Assembly (NCBI GenBank): GCA_021648145.1
Contig: JAKITI010000007.1
Location: 1,018 to 65,017 of the forward strand
Length of the DNA: 64,000 bases
Reading direction: 5' to 3'
Source: Gammaproteobacteria bacterium
GTDB lineage: Bacteria > Pseudomonadota > Gammaproteobacteria > JAADGQ01
Position numbers and translations under genes: made by a program
Notes under the pieces: model-generated
The model's database searches: none
Told to the model about the DNA's origin: nothing
Seen by the model: only the letters and a program-made list of their open reading frames with translations
Shown: one piece after another, positions 50,836-58,836 of the stretch
Position numbering within the stretch: position 1 is the first letter of the stretch
How the letters are laid out: the number at the start of each line of letters is the position of its first letter

Positions 50836-51681
50836 TTAAAAATCTGAAATTTTACGGATAAACTTAACAATCAACCAAAAGAACAACAATGGAAAAGCGA
50901 TTGTCTGCAGGATAAATACAACAATCAGATTTAATGTATTTTCACTGACATGAGTGGCGGCCGCTTTGTACTTTTCAATACGAGCATCAATATTGATTTG
51001 GTAACTTGCCGATTCATATAGGCGCTTGACATTGTCAAGCAGGGAATTAGGGCCTTGAGGCATTACTTCTGGCTGGGCTTCACGATTTATATTGGCAATT
51101 GCTTCAGAGGTTTTTTCAAGTTCTTGTCTGGATGATTCATATTGAGGTGCTAGAAAAAACTGGTATATTCCTTCATTAGCAATGGCCACTGTCGGTACGG
51201 CAAATCGTATAATAATAAGTACAGCCGCAGCTTTATAAACTCTATATCGCCATTTTTCACCAAGCACATCAGGTCGCCAAAGCAACCACAAGGCTATTAA
51301 GCAGGCAAAAGCGATTAATAATGTAAATCCAGGCCAGACCGTGATATCCAGTAATATTTGTTGAATGCCAAGTGAAACACCACAACTCAGCATCACCCAG
51401 GAAAAACGTTCAATAAGGTCATTAATGGGATCAAGTATTTGGCCTGGAGTAAAATTAACTCCAATACCTGCGGGTTGAATGGCAATTTCTGTTCCTTGTG
51501 CAACGGAAATGACACCATTCAATCCCCGAGCCACACCGAACGTCATGAGCGCACGCTTTGTTCCTGACTCAGTGTAGTTTTTACCGATACTATCGAGTGA
51601 ACCCAAAAAGGCGATTGCAACCAGCGCCACTAAGAGAGCACTAATAAAGATTTTTAGAGTGACTGAACGTGGAGAATACAT
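50836..51681 (-). CDS. polytopic inner-membrane protein of unknown function, translationally coupled to the upstream EndoU-like gene
   Basis: About 281 aa from MYSPRSVTLKIF, with several hydrophobic helices. The ATG lies 1 nt after the TAA of the upstream gene. Confidence 0.55.
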   Translation of the reverse strand: MYSPRSVTLKIFISALLVALVAIAFLGSLDSIGKNYTESGTKRALMTFGVARGLNGVISVAQGTEIAIQPAGIGVNFTPGQILDPINDLIERFSWVMLSCGVSLGIQQILLDITVWPGFTLLIAFACLIALWLLWRPDVLGEKWRYRVYKAAAVLIIIRFAVPTVAIANEGIYQFFLAPQYESSRQELEKTSEAIANINREAQPEVMPQGPNSLLDNVKRLYESASYQINIDARIEKYKAAATHVSENTLNLIVVFILQTIAFPLLFFWLIVKFIRKISDF

Positions 51682-51682
51682 A

Positions 51683-52504
51683 TTAGTCACACTGCTGAGT
51701 TCGCCCAGGCGTCGCATCTGGATAAAAAGTAACAATGCTACTATTTTGTACGACTAATAGCGCCTGAAATTTTGGGGTGTTCTCTTCGGATGGTACGGTA
51801 TATAAGCAGGTCTGCTTGCTTTTGGAGCGTCTAGGGTTTAGCTGCGCGTAGGCTCTTGTGGTATGAACCAATAAATCAGCGGCATTAAATGAATAAGCGT
51901 AGCCTTTTATTTTGGTTTCTACGGTTCTCCCTTTCCACTGGTGCTGCACGCCTAGTGAATAAATTGTATTGGGAATAATTTCTTCAATTCCCTTTTTGAC
52001 GGATAAAGGCCCACCCCATGCTTTTTGCTGCATTTCCAGATAACGTCCAACGTAGTGCAATCCCCCCATTTTATCTGCTTTAGGATCACCACAAAAAATA
52101 TGAGCAAATCCTCGGCGTTTAAACCAGATTGCAGTCAGGGTCTCAATAATACTTTTTTTGTTACAAGCACCGAATGATTCACAACCGACCTCCTGGCGGA
52201 TGCGTTTAATAATAGGAGCCGATGATCTTTTATATAACAACGCTTTAAAATCTGAAGCTTTTACTTTTGCTCCAAAATCACCGCAAAGCTCAAGAATGCT
52301 TTTGTCAAAAGTATTCAGTTTTGGTGGAGGGGGCGTGATATCTCGTTTTTGATATTTAGGAAAATCGACTTTAACCGGATTATGTTTATCGTCAAAAAAA
52401 GGGCTGAATTGGCTGGGGGCTGTTGATGGTTCAGGGATGGCGGACATTGCATATAAAGGGCTGAATATTGCAACAGATAAGAAAAATATGACTGTTTTTT
52501 TCAT
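51683..52504 (-). CDS. secreted EndoU/XendoU-family endoribonuclease homolog
   Basis: Signal peptide MKKTVIFFLSVAIFSPLYA. The region IWFKRRGFAHIFCGDPKADKMGGLHYVGRYLEMQ matches the XendoU catalytic core GFEHVFVGE-x7-SGFHNWIxFYLEE (two catalytic His). The start is taken at internal Met 52504. Confidence 0.6.
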   Translation of the reverse strand: MKKTVIFFLSVAIFSPLYAMSAIPEPSTAPSQFSPFFDDKHNPVKVDFPKYQKRDITPPPPKLNTFDKSILELCGDFGAKVKASDFKALLYKRSSAPIIKRIRQEVGCESFGACNKKSIIETLTAIWFKRRGFAHIFCGDPKADKMGGLHYVGRYLEMQQKAWGGPLSVKKGIEEIIPNTIYSLGVQHQWKGRTVETKIKGYAYSFNAADLLVHTTRAYAQLNPRRSKSKQTCLYTVPSEENTPKFQALLVVQNSSIVTFYPDATPGRTQQCD

Positions 52505-52567
52505 TTTAGGTTTTACCACTCTTGAATGACTTGAGTTATTTATAAAATAGATGATAATGCAAAACCT

Positions 52568-53248
52568 ATGAAAATACTCGCAATTGATACAGCTTCTGAT
52601 GCCTGTTCTGCCGCACTCTGGCTGGATGGGGATATTTTTGAGCGCTATGAGCTGGCTCCTCGCCAGCATACCTCTCTGATTTTGCCCATGGTTGAGTCAC
52701 TGATGGCGGATGCCGGACTCTCTTTAACTCAACTGGATGCCGTTGCTTTTGGCCGTGGCCCTGGCGCTTTTACTGGAGTTCGAATTGCAACTGGTGTGAT
52801 TCAAGGGTTGGCTCTGGGGGCTGATTTACCTGTTGTTCCTGTCTCTTCTTTGGCTGCATTAGCACAAGGAGCATCCCGAATTCATCGGCAAAAAAATATT
52901 CTGGCTGCCTTTGATGCGCGGATGGGTGAGGTGTATTGGGGACAATACTGTTTGGCTGATAACGGTTTAGTCGAATTGCTGGGCAATGAGCTTGTTTGTG
53001 CACCACAAGTTGTGCCTAAACCCAGTCAGAGTCTTGAGTGGTTGGCTGTAGGTAATGGCTGGAGGGCTTATGAGGATGAATTAAATAGTGTTTGTCAGGT
53101 GGTTAATATTTCAGCGCAGGATGTCGATTATTTGCCACATGCACAAGATGTTGCACAGCTTGCGGTGAATGACTTTAAAAAAGGTTTGGCGGTATCAGCT
53201 GAGCAAGCGTTGCCAGTCTATTTACGTGATAATGTCGTTAGAACATGA
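52568..53248 (+). CDS. tsaB: tRNA threonylcarbamoyladenosine biosynthesis protein TsaB
   Basis: MKILAIDTASDACSAALW...GPGAFTGVRIATGVIQGLA is the YeaZ/TsaB signature. Confidence 0.85.
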   Translation: MKILAIDTASDACSAALWLDGDIFERYELAPRQHTSLILPMVESLMADAGLSLTQLDAVAFGRGPGAFTGVRIATGVIQGLALGADLPVVPVSSLAALAQGASRIHRQKNILAAFDARMGEVYWGQYCLADNGLVELLGNELVCAPQVVPKPSQSLEWLAVGNGWRAYEDELNSVCQVVNISAQDVDYLPHAQDVAQLAVNDFKKGLAVSAEQALPVYLRDNVVRT

Positions 53249-53333
53249 TTTGCCTTCATAGGCTCAGCCAGTAAATTAGTTGTAATTTACCTAAGGATTA
53301 TGTGTATATAAAAGGAGTATTTCCATAATGAAA

Positions 53334-53760
53334 GCTAGGTCAACGCCGCCACCATGGTTACAGACAAAACGCCTGCGTTTACGGGAGTAAGTCGAATCAA
53401 CGTTGGTTATGGTACGGCGTTGATCACGCAACCAATACGATACTGGCCTATGTATTTGGTTGACGTAAAGATGTTGTTTTTAAAGAGCTGAAAGCTTTGT
53501 TGGAACCCTTTGAAATCAGCCATTACTACACCGATGACTGGGGCGCTTATGAGCGTTACCTAAAATCGGACAATCATGAAGTCGGTAAACGTAACACCCA
53601 AAAAATTGAACGTAAAAATCTAAACCTTCGAACCTGGATTAAATGACTGACTCGCAGAACAATCTGCTTTTAAAAAACAGACGAAATGCATGATATCGTC
53701 ATTGGATTGATAATCAATAAAGTGGAATTTAACATAGATATTCATGCCGACATTCAGATT
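53334..53760 (+). pseudogene. IS1-family transposase (insB-like) remnant with in-frame stops
   Basis: The translation gives QRWLWYGVDHATNTILAYVFG*RKDVVFKELKALLEPFEISHYYTDDWGAYERYLKSDNHEVGKRNTQKIERKNLNLRTWIK*LTRRTICF*K. It is collinear with IS1 InsB (QRWLFYAYD...DGWPLYE...[30 protein letters not shown]). It has three stop codons, lacks the 5' portion, and has no intact terminal inverted repeats. Confidence 0.6.
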
Positions 53761-53781
53761 TAACCCCACCACCCTTTATAT

Positions 53782-54090
53782 TTACGGTCGAGGTATTTGA
53801 CGGCAGGGCGTGCTGAATGAGCATTGCCAAGAATTCAGGACATGCGGTTCAATACATGTTGTGCAAACAAGGCACTCTTCACCAAAGCTGGGTGACTTTG
53901 AACGCTGTACCAGATTAATTCGATCCGCACAGGAGAGCAGCATCAACCTCTTAAACAGGCTTTGCCAGTCATGTTTTTGAGGCGAATTATCACCTCGCCA
54001 GTGAAGGCGTTCTTTGCCCGTGACTGCATCAATTAATGTAATTGATGGTGCTCCCTGCTCCAGTCGAGCGTCGATCATATAAGTCATCAA
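53782..54090 (-). CDS. hypothetical small protein
   Basis: 102-aa ORF with a Cys-rich C-terminus and no recognised motif. It may be a relic associated with the IS remnant. Confidence 0.3.
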   Translation of the reverse strand: MMTYMIDARLEQGAPSITLIDAVTGKERLHWRGDNSPQKHDWQSLFKRLMLLSCADRINLVQRSKSPSFGEECLVCTTCIEPHVLNSWQCSFSTPCRQIPRP

Positions 54091-54123
54091 TAGCTCTCCT
54101 CTTGTTGTGCATTTTTGTTATTA

Positions 54124-54142
54124 ATGTGCGAATGATAATGAG
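54124..54142. promoter_or_regulatory. candidate Fur box upstream of the TonB-dependent receptor
   Basis: GATAATGAGATTGATTCTT has about 14 of 19 matches to the Fur consensus GATAATGATAATCATTATC. It lies in the divergent promoter region roughly 260 bp upstream of the receptor start. Confidence 0.35.
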
Positions 54143-54399
54143 ATTGATTCTTATTTGCAATAATTAATTTTCCCTGTCTGTTTTTTATGCTTCTGTTTCC
54201 TGGATTACAAATGATTGTGATTCGCATTTACTTTTTGTGTTTATCCGTTCATAATTTGATTCAGCCAGCCAATCGACCTGTATGGAGTCGCTGAGTAGCC
54301 AGCCAAACTATCAACCTGTCATTGCTTTAGTTCTTAATACCAGAGCTACGGCCATGGTGGTTTTATCGAAAATAAAAAATAGATTGGAGAAGTTGAAAA

Positions 54400-56688
54400 G
54401 TGAAAAGACAAAATCGTTTATTGCGTGATGCTATCGCGCTCGCTGCACTTGGCTTGGCATTGCCTGTGGGCGCAGCAGATGAGCATTCTGGTGAGGCTGA
54501 AAAAAAGGAGACCGTACTTGATAAAATAATGGTGATCGGTAATCCGGCTAATATTGAGAAAATGCCGGGTTCTGCGCAGGTGGTGACTAAAGAAGAGATT
54601 CGTCAGCAAAACTATGATGATATAAACCGTACGCTGCGTAAAGTGCCAGGTGTTTATGTGCGGGAAGAAGATGGTTTTGGCCTCTTCCCGAGCATCAGTA
54701 TCCGTGGTGTGGATACCACCCGTAACTCTAAAATCACAGTGATGGAAGATGGGGTGATGATGTCACCTGCGCCTTACACCGCACCCGCCGCTTACTATTC
54801 ACCGACAACAGGGCGCATGAGTGGTCTGGAGGTATTGAAAGGTTCCAGTCAGATTAAATACGGCCCGCACACCACCGGCGGTGTCATTAACTATCTTTCA
54901 ACGCCCATTCCAACCAAAGAAAAAGCGTATCTGAAGTCAACCTTTGGCAGCTTTAATGAACTGCGTACCCATGCTTATGCTGGTAATACATTTAATGCAG
55001 GCACTGCCGGGCAGTTCGGGGTATTGGTGGAGGGTTATCAACGAAAAAATGACGGTTTCAAACAGATTGACAAGACGGATGATTCTCGCAACAGTGATAA
55101 TACAGGTTTCAATAAAGAAGATGTGATGCTTAAATTATCATGGGAGCCGAGTACAAAAATATATCAACGGCTTGAGTTTAAATACGGCACCAGTGACCTG
55201 GATGCCAATGAAACCTATCTTGGCTTGAGTCAAGCCGATTTTGATGCTGATCCAACCCGTCGTTATGCTGCGTCACGTTTTGACAACATGAATTATGAGC
55301 AGGATCAGACCTATTTACGTTGGAACATCAGCCCCAATGATGACGTTGATGTGATTACGACGCTTTATCAGACTGGCTTCAAACGTAACTGGTACAAACT
55401 CAACAGAATCAATGGCGACAAGATTGCTGGGGTCATAGAAACTCCAGGCATGTCTCAGGAGTGCATGAAGGGCAAGGCGGTATGTGATTTAATAATCAAA
55501 GCCAATAATCGCAAATACAAGGCGCAAGGTATTGAGTCTACTGGCTATTTTAGATTCGGCTCAGACAATATTCAACACGAAGTGATGGCGGGTCTTCGTC
55601 TGCATCAGGATTCAATCACACGTTTTCAGTGGGAAGACACGTATGCTCAGGCGGCCAATGGCACCATCAGTGGTATCACTCCAGGCGTAAAAGGTGAGGC
55701 GGGCAATCGTTTTCAGGAAACAAAAGCGTTGGCCTTGTTTGTCCAGGATACTATTGAAATCGGTGCTTTGACGGTCGTCCCTGGTGTTCGTTATGAGCAA
55801 CTGGGTCAAATCTCTAAAGATTCCAAGACGGCTGCACCCGTCGAATTACAAGGTGTTGGTGGCACACAAAATCGCGATGGTGAAAACAGCTTTAATGTTA
55901 GCGCCTACGGTGTTGGTGCAGCCTATGAGTTTAATGATCAGTGGACAGGTTTTAGTGGCCTGCATACGGGTTATTCCACGCCTAGCCCACGCGGCACACG
56001 TGGCGGGCTTGATCCGGAAACCAGTACTGCTTTTGAAATGGGTGCACGTTACACTAATGCACCACAGGCATTCGCGGCTGAAAGTACTTTTTTCTACACT
56101 GCCTTTAAAGACTTGATCGTGACCGATAATGTGGGCGGTACCGGCACCGGTAATGATGAAAACTTTGGTGAGGTGGATACCTTTGGTATTGAACTTGCTA
56201 TTCAATATGACGCAGGACTCGCCAACCACTGGGGCTTTAGTAACCCATCGTTCCTGAGCGTGACCTACACCAATGCCGAGCAAAAAAATGACTCGGTGTC
56301 TACAGATGGAGAGTCGATTTTTAGCTACGGCAGAGCGGGTAATGCAGTCCCCTATATTCCAGAGCTGACATTGAGTGTGGGTACGGGTATCGAAACAAAA
56401 AAATGGGGTGCGTCTATCTCGGGTAACTATGTGAGCGAGACGTTTACGAGTGCTAATAATGTAGACGATCAAGTCAATGGTGACGGCGATACCGATGCAC
56501 GGTATGGCAAAACAGACAGCTATTTTATTGCTGATGTTTCTGCTTTTTATCGCATAAATGATGAGGTGAAGCTCTTTGCTGGTGTGCAAAACGTGATGGA
56601 TAATGAGTACGTTGTATCACGCCAGCCTTATGGCGCACGCGGAGGCCTGCCACAGTTTGTTTATGCCGGTATTGAAATGGATATGTAA
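54400..56688 (+). CDS. TonB-dependent outer-membrane receptor
   Basis: GTG start preceded by GGAGA. It has a signal peptide, a TonB-box-like ETVLDKIMVIG, a plug domain and a long beta-barrel (762 aa). Confidence 0.85.
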   Translation: MKRQNRLLRDAIALAALGLALPVGAADEHSGEAEKKETVLDKIMVIGNPANIEKMPGSAQVVTKEEIRQQNYDDINRTLRKVPGVYVREEDGFGLFPSISIRGVDTTRNSKITVMEDGVMMSPAPYTAPAAYYSPTTGRMSGLEVLKGSSQIKYGPHTTGGVINYLSTPIPTKEKAYLKSTFGSFNELRTHAYAGNTFNAGTAGQFGVLVEGYQRKNDGFKQIDKTDDSRNSDNTGFNKEDVMLKLSWEPSTKIYQRLEFKYGTSDLDANETYLGLSQADFDADPTRRYAASRFDNMNYEQDQTYLRWNISPNDDVDVITTLYQTGFKRNWYKLNRINGDKIAGVIETPGMSQECMKGKAVCDLIIKANNRKYKAQGIESTGYFRFGSDNIQHEVMAGLRLHQDSITRFQWEDTYAQAANGTISGITPGVKGEAGNRFQETKALALFVQDTIEIGALTVVPGVRYEQLGQISKDSKTAAPVELQGVGGTQNRDGENSFNVSAYGVGAAYEFNDQWTGFSGLHTGYSTPSPRGTRGGLDPETSTAFEMGARYTNAPQAFAAESTFFYTAFKDLIVTDNVGGTGTGNDENFGEVDTFGIELAIQYDAGLANHWGFSNPSFLSVTYTNAEQKNDSVSTDGESIFSYGRAGNAVPYIPELTLSVGTGIETKKWGASISGNYVSETFTSANNVDDQVNGDGDTDARYGKTDSYFIADVSAFYRINDEVKLFAGVQNVMDNEYVVSRQPYGARGGLPQFVYAGIEMDM

Positions 56689-56774
56689 GTTTTTATTGTT
56701 TGTCACGGGTGGCAAGTTTCATGATTTGCCACCCTGTTTTGTTTTGAAAACAGAAAAATGGTGATTAAGAATTT

Positions 56775-57452
56775 ATGAATATAGTCGAGTTATTCCAGCA
56801 AGGCGGGCCAGTGATGATCGTGCTGTTGGCGATGTCCGTATTGGCGCTGGCCATTATCTTGCTTAAGTTGTTTCAGTTTGCCCGTAGCGGTTTGCGTCGT
56901 TTGAATTTTGTGGATTCCACTTTAGTGGCGTTACAACAAGGTGATTACAATAAGGCGCTGGATGAATTAAAGCAGCAGCGTAGTCCTGTGGCTCATGTGA
57001 TGGCGTGTGCCATACGCTGTGGTGCTGATCCGGCCATGTCGAGCAAAGATGTGGAGGCTGAAGTCAGCCGTGTCGGTTCGGCGCAAATTCGCAATCTTGA
57101 GTCGTGGCTGCGAGGGCTTTCATCCATTGCGCACTTGAGTCCGTTACTGGGACTGTTAGGGACGGTGACTGGCATGATTGTCGCTTTCATGAGCCTTGAA
57201 GCGGCGGGCAGCCGTGTTGATCCATCAATTCTTTCCGGTGGTATCTGGGAAGCGTTACTGACCACAGCGTTTGGTCTTACAGTGGCGATTCCAGCGATGG
57301 CCGCCTTTTATTATCTGGAAGGCGAAGTGGATCAGGTGCGTGCTTCGATGAAAGATGTCAGCATTCGGGTGCTGCGTCATTTTGGTAAAACACCTTCCAG
57401 TATCTCAAACCGTGATGACGATAAAATCGAGGATGAAACCCATGGAATTTGA
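56775..57452 (+). CDS. exbB: MotA/TolQ/ExbB proton-channel protein
   Basis: Three TM segments and the conserved LGLLGTVTGMIVAF region. Confidence 0.85.
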   Translation: MNIVELFQQGGPVMIVLLAMSVLALAIILLKLFQFARSGLRRLNFVDSTLVALQQGDYNKALDELKQQRSPVAHVMACAIRCGADPAMSSKDVEAEVSRVGSAQIRNLESWLRGLSSIAHLSPLLGLLGTVTGMIVAFMSLEAAGSRVDPSILSGGIWEALLTTAFGLTVAIPAMAAFYYLEGEVDQVRASMKDVSIRVLRHFGKTPSSISNRDDDKIEDETHGI

Positions 57453-57840
57453 AGGTCGTGCCCGTATCCACTCTCATCTTGATATTGCACCGCTGATTGA
57501 TATTGTTTTCCTATTGCTGGTCTTTTTTATGTTGACGAGCACCTTTTTGGTGCCGGAAGCTATAGAGTTGGAGCTGCCTGAATCGAGCAGCTCGAATGTG
57601 AGTGAAATAACACCCATTACAGTCGCGTTGAATCAAACCGGTGAATTAACACTTAATGGAGAAAAAATTGCATTGGATCAGTTGAAAACAGCGATTGAAC
57701 CCTTGCTAAAACAAGGTAGTGATGCGCCTATCACTCTGAAAAGTGATGCTCATAGCGAAGTGCAGCAATTACTCAGTGTCATGGATGAAATTCGCGCTGC
57801 AGGCGGTAGCAATATCGCGCTGGCTACAACGCAGAAATAG
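57442..57840 (+). CDS. exbD: biopolymer transport protein ExbD/TolR
   Basis: MEFEGRARIHSHLDIAPLIDIVFLLLVFFM. The start overlaps the exbB stop. Confidence 0.8.
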   Translation: MEFEGRARIHSHLDIAPLIDIVFLLLVFFMLTSTFLVPEAIELELPESSSSNVSEITPITVALNQTGELTLNGEKIALDQLKTAIEPLLKQGSDAPITLKSDAHSEVQQLLSVMDEIRAAGGSNIALATTQK

Positions 57841-57844
57841 TTTT

Positions 57845-58540
57845 TTGATCATTACACGTTTACACATTGTTATTGCGCTGTTGATAACACTGGCATTACA
57901 CGGCGGTTTGGCTATATGGCTGGTGTTGCCCAAGAAAGATCCACTTCCTGAGCCACTTAAACAAATCGTACGTATTAATTTGCAGGCTGCTGTCGCAGAA
58001 ACCACTGTGACTACACCTGCACCGATTGTTGAGCCACCTCCAGAAGAGTTGACTCATGAACCAAAAATAGAGCCTAAGCCAATCCCTGCACCGCCCAAGC
58101 CAAAACCTGTTCCCAAACCAGTGATTCAAAAACCTCCGACAAAGCCTCAACCTATTGTCGAGCCCACACCCAAGCTGGAGCCGCCACCTGAAGTTGCTCA
58201 AGAAGTCACCCCACCTGTGGAAACCTTGGTCGTACCTCCGCTGGATGCCGTTGCGACTGCGAAGTATGAACAATTGCTCACGGCATGGCTGGATAAACAT
58301 AAAAAATACCCCAAAAGAGCCAAGCGTATGCGTATTGAAGGAGAGGGTGTATTGCGTATTTTGATCGACCGTTCGGGGCAGTTACAGCAAGTGACACTGG
58401 GTCAGTCAACGGGTAATCGGCTGCTCGATAAAGCTGCACTTGAGATGGCTAGAAAAGCTAATCCATTTCCCGCCATGCCTGAAAATGACCCTCGCCAATC
58501 ACTGGAATTTGTTGTGCCTGTGGAGTTTGTGCTGCATTAA
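57845..58540 (+). CDS. tonB: energy transducer TonB
   Basis: N-terminal TM anchor, a Pro/Lys-rich spacer (PKPIPAPPKPKPVPKPV...) and a C-terminal TonB domain. The start is probably the TTG at 57845, just after the exbD stop. The ORF-table start upstream would overlap exbD. Confidence 0.7.
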   Translation: MIITRLHIVIALLITLALHGGLAIWLVLPKKDPLPEPLKQIVRINLQAAVAETTVTTPAPIVEPPPEELTHEPKIEPKPIPAPPKPKPVPKPVIQKPPTKPQPIVEPTPKLEPPPEVAQEVTPPVETLVVPPLDAVATAKYEQLLTAWLDKHKKYPKRAKRMRIEGEGVLRILIDRSGQLQQVTLGQSTGNRLLDKAALEMARKANPFPAMPENDPRQSLEFVVPVEFVLH

Positions 58541-58836
58541 TTTTTCGGGTGATGTTTGTCATGTTTGTTATCGGTCTTATAGTGATTTATGAATGGCTAT
58601 GGCTAATGAATCAGTTAGAAGGTTTTGAATTCTAAAGTGTTTTGTGAGTGATCTGAAGAGTTGAATCTTTGTGGCTTTATTCCTTGTTGTCTGCGGAGGA
58701 ATACTTTAAGAGTTTGTTAAGTTTGGGGGACTAAAATGTAATCACTAAAAATTAAATTATAGCAATTTTGGTGGCAGTTATGTACCTGACTAAAATAAAA
58801 AGAATAAGGATATACAACAAACGTTCATCTCTCTTC

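Noticed and set aside
55846-56589. 247-aa reverse-strand ORF
   Set aside because: It is antisense to the well-supported TonB-dependent receptor gene. It has no RBS or motif support.
57896-58300. 134-aa reverse-strand ORF rich in Trp/Arg/Leu
   Set aside because: It is the antisense reading of the Pro/Lys-rich TonB spacer.
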